The notes: generated from the sequence alone by a model not told the origin. A stretch of DNA of 64,000 nucleotides from the human T2T-CHM13v2.0 reference genome, Homo sapiens (GCA_009914755.4 CP068257.2:41920001-41984000), one strand, 5' to 3'; positions 1 to 13,668 are shown, numbered from the stretch's first letter. Numbers and translations: made by a program.

Positions 1-608
1 TCTCCTGGCTGCTTTCATGGGCTGGCATTGAGGGTCTTCGGCTTTTCCAGGTGCACGGTGCAAGCTGTCAGCGGATCTACCATTCTGGGGTCTGGAGGAC
101 GGTGGCCCTCTTCTCACAGCTCCCCTAGGTGGTGCCCCAGTAGGGACTCTGTGTGGGGGCTCCAACCCCACATTTCCTTTCTGCACTGCCCTAGCAGAGG
201 TTCTCCATGAGAGCCCCATCCCTGCAGTAAACTTCTGCCTAGACAACCAGGCATTTCCATACATCCTCTAAACTCTTGGCAGAGGTTCCCAAAACCCAAT
301 TTTTGACTTCTGTGCACTGACAGGCTCAATACCACATGGAAGCTCCCAAGGCTTGAGGCTTGCACCTTCTGAAGCAGGACCTGAGCACTATGTTGGCCCC
401 TTTCAGCCATGGTTGGAGTGACAGGGACACAGGGCACCAAGTCCCTAGGCTGCACAAAGCACAGGGACCCTGGGCCTGGCCCATGAAACCACTTTTTCCT
501 CCTAGGCCTCTAGGCCTATGATGGGATGGGCTGCCACAAAAGTCTGTGACATGGCTGGAGACATTTTCTCCACTGTCTTAGGGCTTAACATTCAGCTCCT
601 TGTTACTT

Positions 609-616
609 ATGCAAAT
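609..616 (+). promoter_or_regulatory. Octamer motif ATGCAAAT (ATTTGCAT on the opposite strand), H2B-promoter-type element, here contributed by MaLR-internal sequence
   Basis: Exact octamer about 170 bp upstream of the ATG. Lies within sequence that aligns to the THE1/MST-int consensus (…cagaaatttgcataagtaac…). Confidence 0.45.
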
Positions 617-705
617 TTCTTTAGCCAGTCTGAATTTCTCCTCAGAAAACAGGATTTTCTTTTCAATCGCATTGTCAGGCTGCAAATTTTCCAAACCACT
701 TCCCT

Positions 706-712
706 TATAAAA
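706..712 (+). promoter_or_regulatory. TATA-like box TATAAAA about 10 bp upstream of the retrocopy insertion point and about 75 bp upstream of the ATG
   Basis: cttataaaactg read directly. Part of the MaLR-internal sequence (…cagttttataaggg… in MaLR sense). Confidence 0.45.
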
Positions 713-721
713 CTGAATGCC
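709..721. repeat. Target-site duplication, upstream copy (aaaactgaatgcc)
   Basis: Exact 13-bp match to 1746-1758. The sequence on the far sides of the two copies joins into continuous THE1/MST-int-like sequence. Confidence 0.7.
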
Positions 722-770
722 TTGCATTACTTCCCGTTTTCACGATCTGCTGCTCGTCTCAGGCTCGTAG

Positions 771-1163
<393 letters not shown>

Positions 1164-1479
1164 ACTTGCCAAATTGATGCCTGCAGCTCCTGGGGAAAGT
1201 GGAAGTCAGATAACTCCTTTATGAAAAGGCAGCATTCAAAAACTATAAAAAATATAAATCCAACATTATTAAAATTTTGCACATCCAAAGATATCACGAA
1301 CAGTTAAAAACAAACCCACAAGGTGACAGAATATATTTGTCACATACTGACAAAAAGTTAAAACTCAAATATATAAAGAATATTTACAAATCAAATCTCA
1401 TAAAATAAAAACTGTAGAGAATCTGAATAGACCATTCCAAGGAAAGTGGGAAAATCTCCAAATAGCCAAAAATCTCATT

Positions 1480-1728
1480 TAGAAAAACTCCGATTTCACA
1501 TTAGGAAATGCTGATAAACAATAACTCTCAAGCACTGCTGGTGGAATATGGGAGTATAAATTTAAAATACTACCCTGGAAAGCAAATTGTTCATTTTTAT
1601 TCATGTTGAATATGCACATTTACCAAATAATTCCACTTCCATGTAACCAGAAAATGCACAGCTGTATACAGTGCTGTTTTGTAATGAGGAAAAAAAATCA
1701 ACAGAGAAATGAATAAAGTATTTACTGA
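1480..1728 (+). mobile_element. Diverged ancient L1 (L1M-type) 3'-region fragment embedded in the 3'UTR of the H2B retrocopy
   Basis: cactgctggtggaatatgggagtataaat…aattccacttccatgtaaccagaaaatgcacag resembles the L1M 3' region (actgctggtgggaatgtaaaatggtacag…aattccactcctaggtatatacccaag…). Confidence 0.4.
1712..1717 (+). other. AATAAA polyadenylation signal of the retrocopied H2B transcript, with an A15 tail at 1730-1744
   Basis: aataaa read directly. Poly(A) tract begins 12 nt downstream and abuts the TSD. Confidence 0.6.
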
Positions 1729-1745
1729 CAAAAAAAAAAAAAAAC

Positions 1746-1758
1746 AAAACTGAATGCC
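1746..1758. repeat. Target-site duplication, downstream copy (aaaactgaatgcc)
   Basis: Exact 13-bp match to 709-721, immediately after the A15 tract plus c. Confidence 0.7.
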
Positions 1759-2176
1759 TTTAACAGCACCCAGGTTATCTCTTGAATTCTTTGCTGCTTA
1801 GAAATTTCTTCCACCAGTTACCCTAAATCATCTCTCTCAAGTTCAAAGTTCCACAGACCTCTAAGGCAGGGGCAAAATGCCACCAGTCTCTTTACTAAAA
1901 CATAACATGACAAGAGTCACCTTTGCTCCAGTTCCCAACAAGTTCTTCATCTCTGTCTGAGACCACCTCAGCCTGGACTTTATTGTCCATATCATTATCA
2001 GCATTTTGGTCAAAGCCATTCACCAAGTCTCTAGGAAGTTCCACACTTTCCCTCATTTTCCTCTCTTCTTCTGAGCCCTCCAAACTGTTCCAACATCTGC
2101 CTGTAACCCAGTTCCAAAGTCACTTCCACATTTTTGGGTATCTTTTCCGCACAACCCACTCCTGGTACCAATTTAC
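1759..2176 (-). mobile_element. ERVL-MaLR internal region (THE1/MST-int-like), the proximal part adjoining the LTR
   Basis: Reverse complement reads …gtaaattggtaccaggagtgggttgtgcggaaaagatacccaaaaatgtggaagtgactttggaactggg…gctgttaaa, i.e. THE1-int start. Continuity with 1-721 is interrupted only by the 722-1758 insertion. Confidence 0.6.
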
Positions 2177-2541
2177 TGTATTAGTCCATTTTCACGCTGC
2201 TGATAAAGACATATCCAAGACTGGGAAGAAAAAGAGGTTTAATAGACTTACAGTTCCACATGGGTGGGAAGGCCTCACAATCATGGCAGGAGGTAAGGAG
2301 GAGCAAGTCACATCTTACATGAATGGCAGCAGGCAAAGAGAGATCTTGTGCAGGGAAACTCCCATTTTTAAAACCGTCAGACCTCGTGAGACTTATTCAC
2401 TATCATGAGAACAGCACAGGAAAGATTCATCCCCATGATTCAATAATCTCCCACCGGTTCCCTCCCACAACACATGGGAATTATGGGAGCTACAAGATGA
2501 GATATGGGGAGGGGGGGGGGACACAGGGCCAAACCATATCA
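2177..2541 (-). mobile_element. MaLR LTR (THE1/MST-type), 5' LTR of the element above
   Basis: Reverse complement begins tgatatggtttggccctgtgtcc…cccataattcccatgtgttgtgggagg and ends …gtgaaaatggactaataca, the classic THE1/MST LTR termini. Confidence 0.65.
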
Positions 2542-3771
2542 CCAACCAAAACTAATTATCTGATTCTCTAACCAAGGAGAGTTATTGAGCTTTAAACATT
2601 AAAACAGATCAGATTCACATTTAATATTGCCATAGGAACCTTTGTATTAAAGTAGCAATTTGAGTACATTTAGTGCTATCATATAAGAACAATACTTTCA
2701 TAGGTGATGTTTACTTCTGCCCTTTTTATGAGTGACCCTCACCCAAGTGCAGTGGTCTTACTGCTGCCATCTGCAATGAGGGGAACGAGTTCTGGAGGGT
2801 TCAATGCCTTGCCCTGTCTTATCTAAAAGGGCTGACAAACAGTGAAACTAACACAAAAAGGCAACATGCCTGTGGAAATTGACAACAATCCTTGACACAC
2901 AAGCATGGGAAATGGGAGGGCAGGTGTGCTTTCAGCCTGTTCTTGGAGAACATTTAAACTATAAAAAGGGCCTTTGATAAAAACAGATCAATTTCAAGGC
3001 AAATCGACAAAAGTACTGACCATAAGATCCGTTAAGTTACAATTAGAACATAATTTGATTGTTAAAATCATATCTATTAAGATATGCTTATGTAAAACAA
3101 AAGAATCCCTTCCCTGGAGAAAAATTATCTAGCTAATTCTTAAAAAACAATTTAGAGATTACAAAAAGAATTCCAGCCAAACTTCTCAAAAAAAAAAAAA
3201 AAAAAAAAAGAATAGGTAGCTGCCATTGTGTGGAACTAAGGAGAATGAAGAGAACAAGTAATAATAAACTGAAAAGTCCTCCACAGAAGAAAACTTCTCT
3301 CCACCAAAATCAAATATTCATCAAGAATCTGCTAAACAAAAAAAAACCATCCAGAAGAAAACTGGTCTCTCCCTCAATAATTCAATATGGCAGAAGAGAG
3401 TGTGGGCTGGCAGCTGTTCCTCCCTTGCTGTGAAAACTGCCTATCCCTTCCACAGAGTCCTGCCCTATGACCAACATCTGAAATGGAAACAGCCCAGGAG
3501 GTCTCCAGGGCACTACCCTTTCACCAGAGTACCAGAACTCACAGAAACCCAAAGTTTGCTCTCCCCTTCAAGGCACTCAGCTGTGTGTGTGATGAGGTGT
3601 TATGTCTTCATCCTCAAAATACTGTCATTGTTCAGAACATTTTTGGAACTCCTCCTAGAATTACCTTCAATCTGTGAGCCACACACAAACATCAGTGTTA
3701 CCATCTGAGATTCTGACGCCACCTCCCAATCAGGATTCTAAGACTGAGAGTGTCTTAAAAGTCACGTTGGT

Positions 3772-4067
3772 GGCCAGGTGTGGTGACTCATGCCTGTAAT
3801 CCCAGCGCTTTGGGAGGCCAGGAGGTCAGGAGTTCGAGACCAGCCTGGCCAACATGCTGAAACCCTGTCTCTACTAAAAATACAAAAAAATTTGCTGGGC
3901 ATGGTGACACATGCCTATAGTCCTAACTACTCAGGAGGCTGAGGCAGCAGAATCACTTCAACCCAGGAGGTGGAGGTTGCAGTGAGCCGAGATCGCACCA
4001 CTGCACTCCAGCCTGGGCAACAGAGTGAGACTCCGTCTCAAAAAAATAAATAAAATAAAAAATAAAA
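3772..4067 (+). mobile_element. Alu (full length, + orientation)
   Basis: ggccaggtgtggtgactcatgcctgtaatcccagc…gagactccgtctcaaaaaaataaataaaa. Confidence 0.9.
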
Positions 4068-5103
4068 GTCATGCTGGCTACTGTGAGCTTCATTTATGAG
4101 CCACTAATGATGGTGAAGAGACCAAGTGGCTCCCCCAAGCCCCACTCACACAGCTGGGCCCTCTCACCCGCCCGCCTGTAGGCTTACCTGCCCAGCTCAG
4201 TAGCACAGGACAGTCCCCAGCTGCATGTGGAAACACTGTTTCCATTTAGCCCTGGAGGACACTGCATCTTCCCGGCTTTCCTCCGACCTCACCTGGCTGT
4301 TCTGTGCTCCCTCATCATCTTCATCTGCACTGAAAATGCTGGCCCCACAGCTTCATCCTCAGCCCTATATCACTCCCTCAGCAATGCAGTCCCCTACCAT
4401 GGCTACAAATACCTTCTACACTATGATGATTCCCAGCACCAGCTGTTCCTCTGGCCCCGACTCCTAACATTCCCTTCTTATCCTCTCCAGCGACACTGGC
4501 CTTTAGTCACTCCTACAATACTCCTTTGCCCATAGCTGCCTCAGACCCTTCCCCTGCCACCCTTGGCCTGTGATGCTCTGCTCAAAGATCTCAGCACAGG
4601 CTGTCCTTCGCTTCCTTCAGGTATCCACTCAAATACCCAAAAGAGCAGCTCCGCCCAACACTCTCTAGCCTGCTCCTCATGCCACTCCATTTTTATTTGC
4701 ATTACTATATGATATATGCCATTATATTTGTTTACTATCAAGTCTCCTCACCTGAATATAAGTTCCATAGGGAAAGAACTCTGTCTTGCTCACTCCTGAG
4801 CCTGACAACTATAACAAATGGGGCTGGTCCACTCCCTGCATTCTGACCCACCCGAGTGCTGGGAGCTCAACAACAATGGTAATAAACAGGCCGGCCCACT
4901 CCCTGCAGACTAACTCTCATGAGTGTACTCCAAGCTGAAGCGCACCCTCCCACGGCACCATCCCCAGCCAGGGCAGGTTCAGCACGCTGGCTCGGCAGCA
5001 TTGTCTGAAGAGGGGACACAAAGCTCCCTCACTGTATTCTGTGGAAGACAAAAAAGAAACACAACTGCTCTCTTACCAAGTCCTTACTTTCTTACCTAGT
5101 TAG

Positions 5104-5436
<333 letters not shown>

Positions 5437-6189
5437 TGAAACAGTTTCAGAAGGTACAACTATGACTCTATTTGTAATATTCACCATGGGATACAGAAGA
5501 AGGAATGATCAGACTTGAGGACGTGAAATCTGGAAAGGCCCTCTGGAAGGTGGTTTCAAGCTGGATTTTGAAGGTATAGGAACATAAAGTATCTACCCAT
5601 TTAAATGATTATGAGATGGAGTCATAAAACTTTATATAGTAGGCTATTTTATATTTCTGACTTTTTTCTTTCCAAAAAGATGCTATTCCCTCAACCTTCA
5701 CAGTAAATTACAACTCCCTTATAATGGAATGTAACATCTTGGCTTCTTCCATTAGCTCATCTGTTTCTCAATTACACTCTGGCAACAGATTCCTCACTTC
5801 TCTCTTTCCAAAATCGCTTCTCAACTTTTTCAACATGATACTGTAGACAACAGATCACACACAGAGGAGAAGTGGAAAAGGTGTTACTTGGCCCAGCCAG
5901 GAATTTGCTCCTTTTCTAAAATATACTTGCATGGCAGATGGGTCAGCTCTGATACATATGCAGAGCCTGAATCACAACCAGATTAGTCCCACTTCCACAC
6001 ATGTCAAAATACATTAAAATAAGCAGATGTCAGTAACCATAACAGAAATACCACTGGCAAACAGAATTCTCAGAATTCCTCATCTATTAAAATGAAGGCA
6101 ACACATAATTTTTACGTTTCAAATTAAACGTAGGTTTAATTTATAAATTCGGCATGGCACAGGAGAAAACACACAAGCTGAGGTAGAGG

Positions 6190-6360
6190 GTTTATAGTCA
6201 GGGGCCAGGATATGAATGCCAAATGGGGTACTGCCTAACTGACTGGCCTTGGCAAGTAAATCTTTCACATTCTCTGAGCCTGTTTCCTTGTCAATATAAT
6301 ACAAAGTACATCCATCTCAAAGAGTTTTATACAGCACATTGTATAATACATGTAAAACAA
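6190..6360 (+). mobile_element. MIR SINE fragment
   Basis: …ctgactggccttggcaagtaaatctttcacattctctgagcctgtttccttgtcaatataat… matches the MIR core (gaccttgggcaagttacttaacctctctgagcctcagtttcctcatctgtaaaatg). Confidence 0.55.
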
Positions 6361-8679
6361 GTACAAATGTAATAATAACTATTAGGGCTCTCATTGGCTA
6401 CTCTGCTTCCTTTGGCCATGCAGATTATCACATACTTATGGCCTGAAAGAATTACCTTTTCAAGAATTACCTTTTGGTTTGGTTTTCTGGGAAGTTCAGT
6501 TTATGGAGAATACGTTTTAAATATTAGAGTTTGTGTCAGCAAATATGTTTTTGTTTATTGTGATAACACAATGTGGGACAAAGCAATACTTACGTCCCTT
6601 ACTTTAAATATATGTACATATGCCATTAGTCATGTATACTGAATTATTTGTGTATATTTAAAACAAAGACATATAAGCATTCTCTTCATCGCAAATTAGA
6701 TCAGAAATCCTCCAGAGGTACCCAGATACAAATGCTGTCCCCACAAAGTCCACGAAGCCTCTCCCCTCCACAGCACTCTGTGGAAGCCCCTCTGCTTTGA
6801 CTCACTCCTGGACAGCCCCTCCGCCCTCTGTCCACGCAGCTTTGCCCTGACACTGTGTCATTTCACTCCTACCTGCTGCCACTGCATACCTCGTGGGGCC
6901 CTCCCTCCGTGCTTGTCATCCCTAGCCTTCCTTCAATATGGCTTCTAGCACCACAATGCTACTGGTTCTGCTTTCTTCAAGGAGCCCAGACATCTGGACA
7001 CTGGCTCTCGGGGCCTCTACTCAGTCCTCAGCCTCTTGGTCTTGTTTTCTGCTCCTTTTCCAGGCTCTCCCTTCACCAAGCAACTCCGAACCCCTCAGCA
7101 ACTCTGCCTTCCCTTTCTATAGGCCAGGGGGAGTGTGCGGCGGCTCAGCCCCTCTATTCACTGCCACCCTCATGCTCTACCCTGAAGATGGAATCAATTC
7201 TGCTTCATATCATAGCTCAAAATAGAGCTCTCTCAGATTCACATTTTGAGTCTGTTTCTCTCCTGAAAAGCTCTCACCTTTCTGAGTCCAAACCCAACAA
7301 GGCAATGTGAGGAGTGTGAACAGAGGGACACGGTGATGAGGATGCCCAGGGTTGAGGCCAGAGGAGGTCAGATCATGGACCCTGACCAGAGCCCCTTCCG
7401 GTTTTCAGTGGGGATGTCAGTGGTGTAATCCGACTGTGAAAGATCAGTCTAACAAAACAGCGGGGAGAGAGAGGGCTGAATCAGAGCGACTAGGTCCAAA
7501 GCCGAGGGAACCACCAACAGATCCCCTGGTGACCCAACAAGAAATGCTCACAGTCTGGACCCAATCAGAGTCTGCAGGACACAGCAGACATTCTGGAAGT
7601 TACAACAGCCAGGAGCAAGAGGACGCATGGCCTGACTGGACCTCCACAGTGGGAGTGAAGGGAAAGGCCAGGCTTGGGGGAGGAGAGGGGATACCATCAG
7701 CCAGGATGTGCAAGAGAGAACACAGGGCGAGCCCCAGGGGAAACACGACATGTCCAGCTCTGGGAGTCACGAGGTGGCTGTGGGAGGTCCATGTGAAGGA
7801 AAGGCACAGGCACTGGATGTGCTAGCCCAGCGCTTGGGAGAAAGACTTGGGCTTGAGTTAGATACTTCAGTGCCACTGTAATAAAGAAAGCAGTGACAGT
7901 CATAGGTGTAGACGTGACTGCCCGGAGAACATGTAAGCTTGGAGAAGTGGCCTGCTGTGGACAGGACCCTGGGGCAAGACGCACCCTCAGGAAAGCAGGT
8001 GAGGGAGAAACAGAGGTGTGAAGTGCAGCAGAGAGGGAGCATGTGAAGTTGCCCACATTTCCTACATCCAGCACAAGCGCACACAGGGAAGGCCCACTAC
8101 AAAGCCAGTGGACAGAACTCCCTAGGGCTTCAGCAGCAACGCCTCCTCTCCAGCTGCTCCCTGGCACTCAGGTGTCCGAGAGGACAAGGACGAGTGCTGC
8201 TGAGCTCTCTCCTCTCTGTTGGAAAACTAACCAATGATGTCTGGCAAAAATGACAGCTGCAGATGCTGCCTTTTCCAACGAGCTGTCTTCAGAGTCAGAG
8301 CCCTCTGAAACACACACACATTTTCCTGTATTTGACAGTTTAGCAAAGTGAAAAAGTTCCAATCTTTGGGGCTTAGATGTTCTTGGTATCTTTGACTTTT
8401 CTTCTCTATGCTATAAAACTTTTGGATTACACCCAAATCAATTCTACTTTCACAATGCTAAACAATGACAAAACACACTAAGATTGGAGTATAGCAATGA
8501 ACAGTCATTAAATCTGTGAGAGTGAGAAGTTTCCCTTGTTCTACAACACTAGCGGTGCACCTGGTCCTTACGAGGCTCTAAGTGTTTGGTGAATACATGA
8601 ATGAGCCCATGAGTGAGTGAATGAAAGAACGTGTGTGTCCCCAGCTGTCCGCTGCCACGGCTCTGCATGGGTAAGCCAA

Positions 8680-8775
8680 GCATGGTGCTCTGGAATCAGA
8701 AAAAGCAGGGTTTGATCCTGGCTCCCCTGTCTACTAGCTCTTTGACCACAGAAGAGCCACCTTTCTAATGCTGCT
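8680..8775 (+). mobile_element. MIR SINE fragment (5' part)
   Basis: ggtgctctggaatcagaaaaagcagggtttgatcctggctcccctgtctactagctctttgaccac resembles the MIR 5' region. Confidence 0.4.
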
Positions 8776-9884
8776 GCCCAGTGTGACGGGGGGCTGACGC
8801 TGCCCACTTCCCATTGCAGCTGTACTGCCGAGCCAGCTGTGTGGTGGGCCCATGGCGGGGTGTTCCATTCACAGAGCTACAGGGACAGCCTAGAGGAGCC
8901 CAAGGCTCCCCTTGAGAACTGTCAACAATGCTACCATCTCAGAGTGAAACTAGGAAAACCCACAGACTTAGAATGTACATAATTAGAAATCTTGGAAAAT
9001 AAATTAGAAATCCAACCAGTAACATATGAAGAGTCCTGAATTACCCAAAACTCTAATCAAAATGACCCTGCTGTAATCTTCAGAAGGCCAGACCAAAACA
9101 CCTTCGTTCATGTGATAAATGCAGATCAAACACTGCTGCTTCCCCAGCTCTGGGTCACAACTGAGCACAGGGCAATGACCAGGACTTGGTCTCTGCCTTC
9201 TCCCTCACAGGGGACAGACAAACTGTGCTGGTGGCGTCCTGGGGGGAAGGCCCTGTGAAATGAAGGGGCACCTGGCAGTCTGGGGGAGGGTGTGGAGGAC
9301 AGCACAGGAAGGGGTCATCAGTAGAGCTGGCACTGTGCTGGGGGAGGGTGACACCTGGGCATCTCGGGGCTCATCTGCATCCAGCTCCCCACTTCCTTCC
9401 ACTTTGCTCGATTCCCAACCTTTCGGGGCAACCTCGTGATGAGTAGTTTCGTTTGCTAAGTCGTTGGAAACTAGGAAGAAGTCATCTTGTCTGCATGGGA
9501 CAAGAGCATCCCAGTCACTAGTGAAGACAGCCTCGAGGCCAAGCCATCGACGGGCTTCTGCTCCATGAGCCTCTGTGAGTGAGCAGGGCCCGAGGCAGCC
9601 TTTCATGACCAAGACCACTGTGGCGCTCTCACAGGGGGAGGAGGCCAGACCACAGGCCCAGCAGGATCTCTTACCAGACTGCCAGCATCCTGCCTTCCCC
9701 TGGAAAACAGCACAGCTACATCATCTCGCCCTTTCAACCTACAACTATTCAATTTAGCACTTAAATTTGAAACAATAAAAAAATCAGTCAGTTGCCATGC
9801 ACTGGCTGACTCCTCTGAAGACATCAGCAAATCTACACGTTGGGTGATTATCTTGGGAGCAATGGTTCCTAAACCTTTTTTTGA

Positions 9885-10200
<316 letters not shown>

Positions 10201-11380
10201 CTAAGCACTTTTTCAATTCTGGTAAAAGCTGTGGCCTAGTCCTCCCCGACCCCAACATCCACGACGCACACTGAGACCACAGGGCACACAGGGCCGCCCT
10301 CCATGGGGAGCAGCTGTCCTCGAGGCTGATCTTGCTTTTCCTTCCTCTGAGACGGCTTCCTCTCGGCTCAGCCTCCTTGGGACGGGGGTGCCGTCAACCC
10401 AGCTGCTTCCTCTTCTCTCCCGATGAAGGGATGGCTCAAAAGTGCCAGCAGCACGAGCCATGGCAGACACACAGCTCAGGGCCTCAGGCTCTGCTTCCTT
10501 CCACTCCCAGGCCTGACAGAACCCACAGGGCTCACCGCATGCGCACAGGCAACCAGGGCACAGGAGCAGCAGGGCCTTCCCTCCCCTCCTGCTGCTCACG
10601 CAGCTCCTGCTGTGCTTTTCAGGCAGCTCCTTCATGTCTTATTCCCATTTTAAGAAATGGAACTCAAAATGTTTGGACCTCCGGGATTTGGAATTCCTCA
10701 AATGTTACAGGATATTTATATCACAGTTCTGATAACAGGTGCACTAAGTCAGCCACAAAAGTTACAGAATATGAAAACACGACGCTCCACTGGGCTGCAT
10801 GAGCATGCTCGCCTTTCGAGGTGACGCAGCCTCATCCCTTCATGCTGAAAGGGCAATTTATTTTGAAGCCTGCACATCTCCGTGGAAAAATTCATAAACC
10901 TGTCACAGAGAATTACACCCGCCACCTAAGCTTTCAGACTCCCTTTAAAAACTTGAGAAGACACTGTAGCTCTTCAATTGCAAGAAGTGGGGAGCTGATA
11001 CCTAACACTGTGGGACAAACTGCCGGCCTGATTCTTTCCAGAAGGAGAGGATGATAAAAATAACTTACACTTGACTAGCAATTCACCACTTACAAACTAC
11101 TTTCACACATATTACTGCATTTTTACTTTGGGAGGAAAGTCTTTAGCCCAAAAGAAAATGAAACACACTACTGTTGAGTAATCCTGCCAAATAAATAGGA
11201 AGTGCATCTTAACAAACCCAGCTGGACAACAGCGTGAGCTAATGTTAGGATCCCACTATAGACTAAAAAACTCCTAAAGGTAGCTTTCTTCCTATTTATA
11301 GTTAAAAGAATAGCCAAGATTAGTGCACACTAAAAGACAGTGGTAAGTGCTAAGGATATTTAAAATATCATTCAAAAGTC

Positions 11381-11775
<395 letters not shown>

Positions 11776-13179
11776 CTAAGTGGAAAATAAGTCAATGGTT
11801 TCCTATTTGTTTTGTGAGTTCCTAATTGTCTGCAAGCCTTAAACTTGTCTATAAACCATGAATTTAAGTCATTTCCACCTCTTACTAGTCATTACTAGTG
11901 GTTACACAGAGCCTCTACACTACTAAGCCTCAGTGTCCCCACATATAAACTATGTCTGGCATAAAGATTACACCAAATCCCATAAGGAAAGGCTCTAGTC
12001 CAGCAGCTGTCACATAGTAAATGCACAAGTCAACGTGCTATATTCACGTTTGCTTCCATTGCTGTTCATGACAAAGGCGCCAGTCATGTACAGTCTACAC
12101 AACACTATATAGAAGGCAACCCTCCACTACCACATCACATTGATGAAAAGCTTGCCTTGGTAACACTAAGCATTTTAAAGGATGACACAGTTATAATCTT
12201 CTGTATTCCTACAAATACGCTGCAAAATCTTGAAAAATTAAATTTGTCTAAAGGTCTTAAAACATGCAAAGTGAAGTGAAACATGGCGAATTTCAGTTTT
12301 TAAAAACTTTCACTGAACATTATTTGAAGCCAAATTAATGCTTTAGTTATGCTCACAGACATCCTCAATTCCCAATTTCACTTATTATTAATAACAGCTA
12401 TCATTATTAAAGAAATTATTCAGCTAAACCATGTGAAATTGTCATTTTCATTGGTCTAAAGTGGATAAACACTGGCAATTTCATGTGGTTCAACCTAAGC
12501 CTATCACCAGTGCCTGTGCTGGGTACTCTATGTAGGTCAACGAATTTAATTCTCGTAATTGCTCTGAAGTGATGTCAGCGACACCATTCTTCAGGTGGTC
12601 AAGGAGCTTGCCCCAAACCCACAGCTGACATGCAGGTTGGCACTCCACCACCCCATCCCTCGACCTCCACTTCTCAACCACATGCAGGGGGCTCTGTTCA
12701 CCTCTTTATTTGCATTTGGTGTCTTCACATTTTAAGAAAACCAAAGCAAGTAAGTTGGTGCTGGCAGGATATGTTTTTAAGAAAATGAAGATGTTACCTC
12801 CAATTATCACGCCTTCTTTATTTCCCTTTATTCTGCATATCAATAAATCTGGAATTGACTTAGGACACTTAGTGACTGTATTACTACAGAAACAGTCAAA
12901 ATACTTCAACTGGAAGTACAAAATACTTCAGCTAAAAGTACAAAACTTCAGCTCAAAGTGGCTTAAACGTAATCACATTTATTATTTCTTAAAACGAGAA
13001 GTCCAGGGCTGGATCCAATGTCTCAATTATGTTATGGAAGGCCTGGGTTATTTTCTCTGCCTGCCCCAACAGCATCAACTGTAAGGCTGGCATTCGGGGC
13101 CACAGGCTTCCTCATTCAACTCCAGTGAAGAAGTCTCTCCCCCATCCCTTGGATCTGGATGTAGCTACTCAGGTCATGT

Positions 13180-13668
13180 GCCCACCTCTGGACTGTCAGG
13201 CCTCTGAGCCCAAGCTAAGCCATCATATCCCCTGTGACCTGCACGTATACACCCAGATGGCCTGAAGCAACTGAAGATCCACAAAAGAAGTGAAAATAGC
13301 CAGGTCCTGCCTTAGCTGATGACATTCCACCATTGTGATCTGTTCCTGCCCCACCCTAACTGATCAACTGACCTTATGACAATACACCCTCCCTGCCCTT
13401 GCGATAATGGACTCTGTGATATTCCCCTGCCCTTAAGAAGGTACTTCATAATATTCTCCCCGCCCTTGAGAATGTACTTTGTGAGATCTACTCCCTGCCC
13501 ACAAAAAATTGCTTCTAACTCCACCGCCTATCCCAAACCTATAAGAACTAATGATAATCCCACCACCCTTTGCTGACTCCTTTTTTGGACTCGGCCTGCC
13601 TGCACCTTGTTGCTCACACAAAGCCTGTTTGGTGGACTCTCTTCACACGAACGTGCGTCACATGGACC
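13180..13668 (+). mobile_element. Solo LTR of the LTR12/HERV9 family, compact copy with internal tandem repeats of about 35 bp
   Basis: …ccaagctaagccatcatatcccctgtgacctgcacgtatacacccagatggcctgaagcaactgaagatccacaaaagaagtgaaaatagccaggtcctgccttagctgatgacattccacc…ccaccaccctttgctgactcc…gcctgcaccttgttgctcacacaaagcctgtttggtggactctcttcacacgaacgtgcg matches the remembered LTR12 consensus start and end. Confidence 0.65.

Larger units (their letters stand above)
1..721 (-). mobile_element. ERVL-MaLR internal region (THE1/MST-int-like), the distal part. Continues beyond the window start.
   Basis: Reverse complement matches remembered THE1/MST-int consensus (…ggcattcagttttataagggaag…ggaaaatttgcagcctgacaatgcgat…gaaatttgcataagtaac…). 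Confidence 0.6.

Noticed and set aside
1212-1232. CCTTTatgaAAAGG hairpin as a functional histone stem-loop
   Set aside because: Only 5 bp, lacks the invariant GGC/GCC stem base and U-rich loop and has no HDE downstream. Interpreted as a decayed remnant, not a functional SLBP site.
6855-8167. Cluster of 150-157-aa ORFs on both strands in a GC-rich region
   Set aside because: Overlapping ORFs in all orientations with Pro/Ser/Leu-rich low-information translations typify GC-rich non-coding DNA (probably old LTR/MaLR-derived). No gene-like structure.
12490-12681. 63-aa minus-strand ORF (…GVADITSEQLRELNSLTYIEY…) considered as another host-gene exon
   Set aside because: No flanking AG/GT consensus in frame-compatible positions and no resemblance to the remembered HSF2BP protein. 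Treated as chance.
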